Positions 50,447 to 60,192 of a stretch of DNA of 64,000 bases are shown piece after piece (the first letter of the stretch is position 1; each line of letters starts with the position of its first letter). This DNA is from a virus: the IMG/VR virus record IMGVR_UViG_3300049216_000067; one strand, given 5' to 3'. The position numbers were made by a program, and so were the translations under genes. The notes beneath the pieces are model-generated. The model did no database searches and was not told the origin of the DNA. It saw only the letters and a program-made list of their open reading frames with translations.

Positions 50447-50627
50447 ACGGTACCTTCATATATCTAATCAGGTAAACGAATTAGGAGGAAATCATGGCAG
50501 CTTACTTTGCAACGGGTGCAATACATCGATTGGTTATCTTAAAGAAGATGTAAATTTTTATGCTTTCTCTTTCCCATGCCATCCACATATTGACTATTTT
50601 TTGCGACAGCATCGCAGTAACGATTGA
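50447..50627 (+). pseudogene. Mosaic remnant: decayed P6 copy, EndoVII-like fragment and a copy of the DUF932-B 5' end
   Basis: 50447-50487 matches 51169-51210; LLCNGCNTSIGYLKED; 50569-50627 matches 50245-50301. Confidence 0.7.
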
Positions 50628-50673
50628 AGGGCCGCAGATGCGGCCCTGTCTATGATCTACTTCACAGTTTCAA

Positions 50674-50976
50674 TTAGTCGTCAAGACCTTCCGGACGCGG
50701 CAACTGCGGATGTTTTGTATAAAACGACTTAATAGGACGCAGTGCGATTTTGAGACATTCCGCTGCTGTCACTTCGGATATGGTATTCGGTCCCTTAATC
50801 AATTGCATAAGCTTTTGTGCTGCCTGTACCGGCGCTTTCCAATATGCCCAACCATCCGAATTGTTATTCACTATATCCTTATGGTTAATAAGGATTCGGA
50901 TCGCTTTACGTTTCACACTGTCACGGCTAGCGCGATGAAAAGCATTATCGATATCATAGTCATTCATGTAAAGCAT
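50674..50976 (-). CDS. Hypothetical protein
   Basis: NSDGWAYWKAPVQAAQKL motif; driven by P5. Confidence 0.7.
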   Translation of the reverse strand: MLYMNDYDIDNAFHRASRDSVKRKAIRILINHKDIVNNNSDGWAYWKAPVQAAQKLMQLIKGPNTISEVTAAECLKIALRPIKSFYTKHPQLPRPEGLDD

Positions 50977-51008
50977 TGGTTTCTCCTAGTTACTGATAAT
51001 AGGATAGA

Positions 51009-51025
51009 TGCAAGGGGCATGCCAA
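51009..51025 (-). promoter_or_regulatory. sigma54 promoter P5
   Basis: TTGGCATGCCCCTTGCA; TGACA-ATTTG-TGTCA at 51065-51079. Confidence 0.8.
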
Positions 51026-51163
51026 GTCAATTGAGTGCCTGAAACGAGGATTTTGTGGTCAAAGTGACAATTTGTGTCACATAGTGACTAACACTTTGCG
51101 TCACATATTGACCATACCCTAATTGAAATTGCTCTATTAAGCCCCTGGCTGTAGAATTCGGAG

Positions 51164-51180
51164 TTGGCACGGTACCTGCA
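51164..51180 (+). promoter_or_regulatory. sigma54 promoter P6 (divergent from P5)
   Basis: TTGGCACGGTACCTGCA, upstream of the plus-strand operon. Confidence 0.75.
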
Positions 51181-51216
51181 TATACTAATCAGGTAAAACG
51201 AATTTAGGAGACACTA

Positions 51217-53814
51217 ATGAAATTCGACAAATCTCAATTCCAGTATTCTAGCAAGTACCTGACTTATGGTCCGGATCGCAAGTTCGTGGCTCGATTCAAG
51301 TACGGCTCAAAGGCATCGTTTCAGGCGTTTCTAATCAAGAATTTCACGGTTGAAGAGTACTTCAGCCTGCTTGAAACGGTGAAGGATGACGCTAGCCGTC
51401 GCACGTATGCGCCGCTGGAAGTTCTTGAACTGAAGGGTTATCTCAGTGACAATTGCAAGCGTGCTTGCCGTCTCGCTGGTTTCCCTCAGACTCGGGAAGG
51501 TTTTCAGGCTCTCATTCAGTCACAAATTACGGCTCGGCAATAGGAGGTTTCAATCATGGCTCAATTCAAACTCATTCAAGAAGCTGTGTTGCGTAACAGT
51601 CTCGATTGCGAATTGGATCGCGTCGAGTTGCGCATGCACGGTGGCGAATATCTCATGCCTCAGGATGTTATTCGCTGGTTCAAGAATCTCTGCGTCGGTG
51701 ATACCATCACGATTGAAGAGCGCGAAACGGAGGTAGAATAAATGAGTAACTCTTGTTTATTGCTGGTCGCTATCATAGGATGCGCTATGACTGGGCACTG
51801 GTTGCTGGTCTTGGTTTTCGCGCTTCTTTTCATGGGTTGTCGTAAGGAGAAAATCTAATGCACGGCTATTCAATTATTCCTGATATCCTTGTGATCCTGT
51901 TTCTGCTGGCTCTTGAGGATAGCTTTCGCAAGAAGTCTAAGCCGGTCGATAAGACTGAGACTGTGACTCCCGTTAAGCCCAAGTCTCGGTTTTGGTATTA
52001 CCAGGATCGCACTGGCAAGGTTCACACGGAGATTCGGCAATGAATACTAAGACAGCTGTCTATCATGGCATGTGTGATCGTTATCACAAGTACATCGACA
52101 CGGTAGGAATTGTGTATTTCTTGTTGGATCTGCCGCGAGATGCACAAGGAAATTATATTCCTGTCGGTACCACCGTGACTTTAACATACTGTTTTACTAG
52201 CAGCTATGGTAACTGGTTTCCCTCACTGGAGGTTCAGAAATGAAACGTGCCAGCTACAAACGGGCTATTGAATTCGTTGCAAATGAAGATAGTGCGGGCG
52301 ACGGCAATGCTCTCGATGCTAATGAAGTGCAATGGTTAATTACTGCGGTTCTTGTTGCTGATATTTTCGATGTACCAAACGAAAAAGTCGGCAAGGATAT
52401 CGTGGCTTATCGCAAGAAGCATCATGAAAGACATCGCTAGTATTGCTGAGGCACGCGAGCGCAAAGAGTTTATTAAACGATTAATTGAAGCTGCCAACAA
52501 AGCGAACGCATTGCGGTTTTCTCGATGGCAAGCAATAGCAAATAGGAGTAAAAGACAATGAAAATTAAATGGAAAGTTCAACCGGCTCCGACTGGTCGCT
52601 ATCGTTCATTCGAGCGACGCGGTTGGCCTAGTGGCACGATCAATGACGAGGCAGTTGCTTTTCTTCGATGTGAACATGATTACACGGCAAAGCTTGCTAA
52701 GGGTGAACCTACTTTCGATGGCACTCCACCTGTCATTAGTGTCTGGGTCGCAGATTGGACCGCTCATAATACCGGTACTCGCACGAAAAACGATACGGCT
52801 TTTGTGTGGCGTTGTCTTAAGGCTCGATTCAGTAACGTGGCTGATGCGAAAGCGGCTGCTCAAAGTTTCTTGGATTCGCATCCGAATTTTCTTCCCAATA
52901 TCCCTAAGAAGGAGTCAACCATTGAAGGTTTCTCGAATTAAAGAAGTTCGTTCTATTACAGGCTTTGGTTTGAAAGAAGCCAAAGACATGGTAGAATGTC
53001 AGTCTTTCATAGACGCGATAAAATAGGAGAAAGAAATGCCCGCATTTAGAATCGTTGCCAATAAGACTTACGCATCTGAAGCCAATGCGATCAAGGCAGC
53101 TGAAGCGAAGTTTGGCGAACAGAATCTACGCTATTTCATCATGACCGAGAAGGATGAAATAACGTATACCACTCGTTATTTTCCTGTTTTCGTCGGTGAG
53201 GCAGCTATACGTGCTGGCGTACATTTTCATTTCAACGTGATTGGATAAGGAGTAAACATGAACGAGTCTATTGATTACGGTGATATCGATTATGAGGACA
53301 AGGAAACAACTGAGTCGGTGCCGGGTGAAGTATCTGTCACTGAGACGATTCTTGTTTATGTTCCTGGCGCTGTCGGTGGCAAATGGGTTACATCCGATCC
53401 TGATGACGATGACCAGGAGTCAGTTACATTTAGCAAGGATATTCATCTTGCATTCGAGTTTACTGATATCGAGCATGCGAAACGTTCGAAGTATTTGATT
53501 GAAACGGAATTCAATATTGAGTCTCTTGTCATGGTGGAATCGAAATGATTACTAAAAAGCGTCAAATGTTGGCTGTGCCTCAGATTAACATCAACGGCAC
53601 ATCGAGAGGCGAGTTGCAAATGCAATGTCGTGAAGTTTACGATGCCCTGATTGAGGCTCAAAAGGCTCTGATGCGTATGACGCCGCATGGTCGCGACTAT
53701 CAAACCATCGGCTTTGAAACGTATGAGTTGGCTCGGTCTCAACATTTAGATAGAGTTCGGTCTATTGAACATCTTTTAGAGGAAATTCACGAAATAAGCG
53801 TGAGCCTATTGTAA
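51217..53814 (+). other. Operon of about 12 small hypothetical ORFs
   Basis: Abutting plus-strand ORFs (51217, 51556, 51858, 52040, 52240, 52558, 53036, 53258, 53545 and others) with RBSs. Confidence 0.7.
52922..53026 (+). CDS. 34-aa ribosomal protein bL12 C-terminal-domain-like peptide
   Basis: AAGGAG RBS then TTG; KVSRIKEVRSITGFGLKEAKDMVE. Confidence 0.6.
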   Translation: MKVSRIKEVRSITGFGLKEAKDMVECQSFIDAIK

Positions 53815-53817
53815 TTA

Positions 53818-54438
53818 CTAATCTTCAGATTCTTCCTCGGTCTTTTTCTCTTGCTTGATTTCATCTAGGCGTCGCTGCACATGCGGATTGCGATGCATTT
53901 TACCTAATATCCAACCATTGTATTGTTCCTTAATTGGCTTGTCGTTTTCATCACAGACAATCATTTTCTGTTCTGTATTGTCCGGAGAATGAAACCATTT
54001 AAGCTTCTGTCCTGCTGGCATCTCGATATCAATTCCACCATCTCTTCGACCGACAGAATTCGTGTTGCCTATAGAAGCCACGGACATGGCTTGAGAGCGT
54101 TTTTCTTTGTGTTCGGCACTCTGTGGCACACCCTTAGGCCAACTGCCTACAGCGTTGAGCACCTTTGGATTCGTATAGTCTAGATTATCTAACATACGCC
54201 TTAATTGTTCTTCACATTCTTTACGTGTACCGACTCGAATGGCTTGCACATTCCAAAGACTGCGACGATTACCTGACTGTTTGGCCAGTTCTATTAGCTT
54301 TACACCGTTACCAATATAAGGATCTGTAAAACCCTCATTACCGAAACTTAAATCAGTCGTGTCATGTATTCCGATATAGGTTGCTCCGGTCGGTATGAAT
54401 GTGCTGCGGAATAGCACAGTGATCTTTGGTAGTTGCAT
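53818..54438 (-). CDS. Divergent Seg-type GIY-YIG-like protein
   Basis: VLFRST...TYIGIHDT...DPYIGNG. Confidence 0.55.
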   Translation of the reverse strand: MQLPKITVLFRSTFIPTGATYIGIHDTTDLSFGNEGFTDPYIGNGVKLIELAKQSGNRRSLWNVQAIRVGTRKECEEQLRRMLDNLDYTNPKVLNAVGSWPKGVPQSAEHKEKRSQAMSVASIGNTNSVGRRDGGIDIEMPAGQKLKWFHSPDNTEQKMIVCDENDKPIKEQYNGWILGKMHRNPHVQRRLDEIKQEKKTEEESED

Positions 54439-55987
54439 TCAATTCACCTTTTGACTAGATTAATTATTGTTAAGTCACTGATTGTAATAAGATTACATAA
54501 TAAACTGCATAGATTAATCGTATGCGTCATGCTCGATTTCAAACGTGTAATTGCCGGTCCTATCGTCTGTGACTATAACGATTGAGGCATCATCACCGTA
54601 AACGCCTTGCAGATAACTTTTAATTGTCTTTAGAACATCTTCATAATCGTCACCATCTAATGCGCCTCTAAGCCAAATCTGTTGTACTCGATCCGTGACA
54701 GCATCATGATCCGGCTCACCCGATAGAATTTCTAAGAATTCGTCGGCGTCGCTTTTTTCCGTAGATTCGTTCATATGAATTGTTCCAATGGTCGTATACA
54801 GTTGTATCAAACTCTCTTGGAGTACTTATAAGATGCAAAAACGCTTCGAATTTCTTAATTTCTTCTTTATCTTTGCTCGAAAGGTTTTTCCAAAAATAAG
54901 GCACCAAAATAAAACATGAACAGTGAAATGAATACACCACCAATGAATGCACGGGTGTAAGAACAAATGTCGTATCCATCATTGAGTTCAAAATAGTTGG
55001 TAGTTTTGTTTACGAACCAGTAATGCCAAGAATTTTTATTGAATGTAAGTGATTTCATAATTAACGAACCCTCTTCATGTATTGTCTATTAACCCAATAT
55101 GAATAGCCTCTGTGATCCACAAACTCAAATGATAGTGTGATCTGTGCGAGACTCTGATGATCATAATATTTCTTAATTTCTTTATTGACATCAACAAGCA
55201 TGGCATTAACGTCTATCGTTTCTTTGATGATTTCTTCCTCTTGAGGAATAGCATGCTCATTGATCTGTTCGATGAATTCTTCTTCGTCGTCAAATGGATT
55301 GTCTTTGCTCATTATATCCTCATAACCAAATCGTAGAAATTTCTAGAAAATACTTTTCTAAATCAACCAATCTCTTGCGAGTGTCTGCCGTCCATTTTTC
55401 TTCGTATGGCATTCCAAGATCATCAGCTAACTTTAAAAATGTATCCAAATATTCATTATAATCTCTGGACCATGCCCAATATTCAGATTGTAATTTTGCT
55501 GCGACTGTGTTCCATTGTTCATAAAGAGGTAACAGACGCGGGTTACATTTAGAGAATCGTTCGGATGCTTCATTATCAGTCATCGGATGACTGTCTATGA
55601 TTTCAAAAAATTCCTCTTCATCACTCATCTCTTAGGCACCAATGGAATATCAAATAGACGACCAAAGAAACGGAAAATGTTGCCGATCCATTCAAACACT
55701 CTATCCATGTTTGTGATCATCACAATGAAACTGATGAACGGTGTAACGACTCCAAGAATGCGAGCCAATATGTGTCCTAAAGTCAAATGCGGATAATAAA
55801 AATGTGACTTTGGGTACTCAATAGCTTCGGCTCTACTACGCAAAATCTTCTCGATACTCTTTAATAGTTCTCAATGAAAATTCAAATGTATTGATAACAA
55901 ATGGCAACGCATATCCGATTAGAAATACTGCCGGTGTATGAGCATTCCAAATACCGACTGACCAATCGACTGTAACAGTAATAAAAC

Positions 55988-56914
55988 TCATCGTCTCTTT
56001 CTCCCATCCTGCCAGCGTGGATACAGATTTCTTTTAATAAATGGAGCATAATCATCAGGATTAAGACCAATATCATAACACAGTTCGTTGAATAAATCAG
56101 CGCAGACTTTCGGTTCAATCTTCTGCATTTCTCTATTGGTTATAAGCTTGATGTGTGTAGTGCGATTAGTAAGAATTCTCATCAACATCCAATCAATGTA
56201 ATGGGAAATAAAATTCAACTGTAATTCATGTTCTTCCCATGTCTCTGTCATTTCCATGAATCTGATTTCAAGCGTGTTGTATCCTTCTGATAATCGAAAC
56301 ATTGTCTCCTTACCAATCGAGTCACTAAGATCGTTGTAATTGGTTTCAGGGTTAAACGGCAACATCAAAGCTGATAAAAACCTGGCACTATAACTACCGT
56401 AACAAGGCTGGTTGCTAGCCACACGAATAGCATAATCTTCAAATTCTTCCTTTTTGTTGATTAACACATCCATAGCGCCTGCTTCATCAGGTTCACCAAA
56501 TACCCAAGGTAAATACGGACGCATGACCAAATCACGAGCAATCTCGTACTTGATTTTCATGTCTTTAATTCCGACATGAACATGAGCACCACCACAGACA
56601 GTGGTCGGATTCTTTGGAAAAAATAAATTATTCTGCATGATTTTACGTGTCTTGATGCAGAAATTCTTCAAGCTAGCAAAGTCAGAAATTTTCTTGCTAG
56701 AGATTTCTAGACAATGATCGTCGTAATGAATGCCATGAATTTTTAAGCCAGCTAATCGTAAATCATTTCTGACATTTTTAAGGCTCGCTTCACGCCTACT
56801 TTCAAATTCAAACCAATCAAAATCAAGGTTTCGATGTGTGGCGACACTAGTAGCCTCATCATAACTCGCATGAATACCGGTCAATTCGGTTCCCATAACA
56901 AAAGGTAAATTCAC
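55988..56914 (-). CDS. Putative amidoligase / COOH-NH2 ligase (glutamate-cysteine ligase fold)
   Basis: GTEL, LEISS, CGGAHVHVG and TLEIRF. Confidence 0.65.
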   Translation of the reverse strand: MNLPFVMGTELTGIHASYDEATSVATHRNLDFDWFEFESRREASLKNVRNDLRLAGLKIHGIHYDDHCLEISSKKISDFASLKNFCIKTRKIMQNNLFFPKNPTTVCGGAHVHVGIKDMKIKYEIARDLVMRPYLPWVFGEPDEAGAMDVLINKKEEFEDYAIRVASNQPCYGSYSARFLSALMLPFNPETNYNDLSDSIGKETMFRLSEGYNTLEIRFMEMTETWEEHELQLNFISHYIDWMLMRILTNRTTHIKLITNREMQKIEPKVCADLFNELCYDIGLNPDDYAPFIKRNLYPRWQDGRKRR

Positions 56915-57484
56915 TTTATTCCCTCTTAGGTTTCATCTTTTCGAGTGATTCATTCAAGCGATCAATAGCACCGCGTGTGTCAGTGTAAACAATTGTCTTT
57001 GTTGGTGCAACAGGACCGACACCTTCGGCCTGTAATGCAACCAAACGCATGGCTACACGCAATTCATCTGGATCTTCTTCAATCGGAGGTAATACTTCAA
57101 CGGGTGTTGTACGCTCGGCAGCTACTTCTTTGGCTGCTTGTTCAAGAATCGGATTCATAAATGGTTCAATATCATCAAAACTAGAACCACCACCAGAACC
57201 TGCCTTGGACTTGATCTGTTGAATACGTGCTAATGCTGGATTAATTGGTTTGTTCATCTTTCAATCAACCAATTAATTAGAGTTACGACAGCACAACAAA
57301 CGAAGAAATTGACAACGCCAAATTGCCAACCAAGAAAGAATCCAGGTATAGAGCCAATCACGACTCCAATATAAGACCATTTGTTTTGTTTCCAAATCTT
57401 CATAATTTACCTCCAGGGAGATTATATCAGGAGTTTCTTTAATAGTTAGGATTGTTATAACAGAGGGTATTATAACATTAATGG

Positions 57485-59185
57485 TTACCAGCCGTTAGTG
57501 CTATAACCGCTCCATTTATAGTCACCGCCGTCGTTTTCTACGGTTTCCCAAATGACACCATCCTGCTTGAATTTGTTGACACCTAGCTCAGGCTCACTGA
57601 CCATTGGCATAACAGGGATCTCGGCCTGTATCGCTTCCTGTTCGGCCTCATATAGGTTTCCACGGGCATCGACGTTGGTCAAATCCTTAAAGTATTGTTG
57701 AGAGGTTAACCATGCAAACATGACCAATGTCATTACGATATCATCAAATTTACCTTCATCAGCCGCATAGGTTTTATTTTTCTTAATAACAAAGGTTGAT
57801 AGCTCTGAGATAGCATCAAAGTCTTGAATCAATAGCTCTTGGCGCTCGATCAATTGCTTGAGCGTATTACATCCCTGGCGCTTAGTCTTGTTGCTGGTGC
57901 GTACACCGGGACCTTTAGTTGTTTTGGCAGATACCAATGTGTCCTTGTAGATCTTATCTGCTTCGGTGTAAATGATGTTTTCATATTCAAGATCATCAAT
58001 CAAGATCTTTAATACCAATGCACCGATATCATTGTTCTCAACCAGGACATAGGCCATGTTGTAATACTGTGCGACCTGAGCGATCACGTTTGGATATAGT
58101 TCCGCTGGTATGTCATTACAGTGATAGATAGCTTCAAGTTTATAGGGCATCGAAGTCACATCAATGACACTAATAGCACTAAAATCTAATTCTTTGCCGT
58201 GGCTAACATCACATACAGCGACGTACCTATGACCTTTCATTACGTCGCCATAAATCTTAAGTTTATGATCCAACATTTCTTTAATAGGTTCAACAAAAGC
58301 TAAACACTTCAAAGCTTTTGAGCTAATCAAAGTACCACCAGAACCAATAAATTCGACTTCTTGTTCTTGATTAAACTTTTCTTCACCAAGTTGAAGTTTC
58401 ATATCTTCCATCCACAATTTGTTGCGGCCTGGAACCTGATCCCACTTTACTTTGATATGTTTGAACTGAGAACGTGTTTTAACATGATTTACGGCATCCG
58501 TATACATCTTGTAGAAATGGTTCATACCCTTCGGGGTTGAGCATATAATTACTTTAGATTTTTTACCGGAAGAAATTGTTGGATAAACGGATGTAAAGAA
58601 TTCTTCGGCAACATCATTAGAAACGTGAGCATATTCATCGAGCATTAAGCAGTCGATACGAAATCCACGAATAGCGTCAGATGAAGTAGCAGAGCTAATT
58701 AAACGTGAACCGTTTTCAAGTAAGAAACTTGTAGTGTTCCAAATTTCAATTCCCTGCTGAAGCCAAAGAGGCACTCTGTAATACATACCTTGAACGCGCC
58801 CGACGATTTCAGTTGCAGTTGTTTCTTTGTTAGCCAAAATTGCGCAAGTTTTATTTTCTTGAAATAATAGAAACCATAAAATGAACGCTGAACATGACTC
58901 AGTTTTTCCTGACTGTCTTGCTGCCGCAATAATAACGCGATTATGTTTATGCATTTTACGGATCATCTTGCGTTGATAATCTCGCAATTCAAATGCTTTC
59001 ACACCTTCATCGGATGTAACAATTTCTACGTAGTTTTCTATAAAATATTCGGGATCAGAAGCACATTTTGAATATTCTTGAACTTGCTCAACTGTCATAG
59101 CTATTTGTTGACCAACCTTTTTCAATCTAGGATTAGACTTAAAGGTTTCAACATTATCGGTTTGTATAATAGGAACTATTTTCAT
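57485..59185 (-). CDS. gp17: Terminase large subunit
   Basis: ARQSGKT, LDEYAHV, STPKGMNHFY, DVSHG...DFSA and DDIVM. Confidence 0.97.
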   Translation of the reverse strand: MKIVPIIQTDNVETFKSNPRLKKVGQQIAMTVEQVQEYSKCASDPEYFIENYVEIVTSDEGVKAFELRDYQRKMIRKMHKHNRVIIAAARQSGKTESCSAFILWFLLFQENKTCAILANKETTATEIVGRVQGMYYRVPLWLQQGIEIWNTTSFLLENGSRLISSATSSDAIRGFRIDCLMLDEYAHVSNDVAEEFFTSVYPTISSGKKSKVIICSTPKGMNHFYKMYTDAVNHVKTRSQFKHIKVKWDQVPGRNKLWMEDMKLQLGEEKFNQEQEVEFIGSGGTLISSKALKCLAFVEPIKEMLDHKLKIYGDVMKGHRYVAVCDVSHGKELDFSAISVIDVTSMPYKLEAIYHCNDIPAELYPNVIAQVAQYYNMAYVLVENNDIGALVLKILIDDLEYENIIYTEADKIYKDTLVSAKTTKGPGVRTSNKTKRQGCNTLKQLIERQELLIQDFDAISELSTFVIKKNKTYAADEGKFDDIVMTLVMFAWLTSQQYFKDLTNVDARGNLYEAEQEAIQAEIPVMPMVSEPELGVNKFKQDGVIWETVENDGGDYKWSGYSTNGW

Positions 59186-59685
59186 AGAATTTCGTATCTG
59201 TTACTTTTCTTAATATTTTTAATTTGGCTAATAATTTGAATGTTAGATGGCACATGCAGCCCGGACACGTTTCTTCCCTGGAGAGGAATAATATGATCCA
59301 CGACATGTTTTATGCCGGTTTCTTCAGATATTTCAACTGCTGTCTGATATGACTGCTTGATGATTTCTAAATCTTCTTCAGTTAACCAATTTGGTGTTCT
59401 TTGTAATTTAGAAGCTTGTCTTTTTCTGGTAGTTGCACCCATGGTGGCTTTACCCTTAGGAGATGTGTACCACTTTTTATTATTTTCTCTAACAGTTTCT
59501 TTATTTACTGTTCGATATTTCTTTTGCCATTCGAGATTTATATCGTATATTCTATCGCGGTATTCTTCTCCAAAGCATTCAACACATCGCCTCGATGATG
59601 TGTATTTTTTGGTATGACCGTTTTTACACGAACGACCATGATAAAATTTTTGATTATTTTGTAATGCTATCTGTCTAGGGGTCAT
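59182..59685 (-). mobile_element. HNH homing endonuclease between gp16 and gp17
   Basis: CKNGH...CVEC, RTPNW and HVVDHIIPLQG...GLHVPSNIQ...N. Confidence 0.9.
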
Positions 59686-60188
59686 TATTTATTTATAGAA
59701 TCATCTATAATTTCTCTCGATTCAGCTTCAATAACTTGATTTTGTTGTGTTGATTTTACCATATCTAACAACTCTTTTGTGGTGCCGACAAATACAGCAT
59801 TTTGAATTTGCACATTGGAACCTGGAACTGCACCACCCCTATTACGTGCAAGATTGACAGCATTGTTTTGAACTGTCTGGTGATCGGCATGAATCTTCAA
59901 TAGCTTATCGGCCATGATTGCATTGCCATTAATCATCTGAGCAAGGACTTCATAATGACGAGCAGACATAGACTCTTTAGCAACGCGCATAAGTTCTACG
60001 ATGCTCTCGTTGCTTTTATTGATCATGTCGTAAAGGGTTTCACGAGCAAATTCTGCATCGTTATTGGCTTTCGTTTCAGGAGGTAGGCTAGCAGCTACTG
60101 TTTTCTTCAATTCAATATCCGACTTAACTTGGTCGGCTGCTAATATCACTCCAAGTGCTGAGGCAAGTGGACTATCTGTATCTGTCAT
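59685..60188 (-). CDS. gp16: Terminase small subunit
   Basis: DAEFARETL, ARHYEVLAQM and NAVFVGTTKEL. Confidence 0.9.
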   Translation of the reverse strand: MTDTDSPLASALGVILAADQVKSDIELKKTVAASLPPETKANNDAEFARETLYDMINKSNESIVELMRVAKESMSARHYEVLAQMINGNAIMADKLLKIHADHQTVQNNAVNLARNRGGAVPGSNVQIQNAVFVGTTKELLDMVKSTQQNQVIEAESREIIDDSINK

Positions 60189-60192
60189 AATT

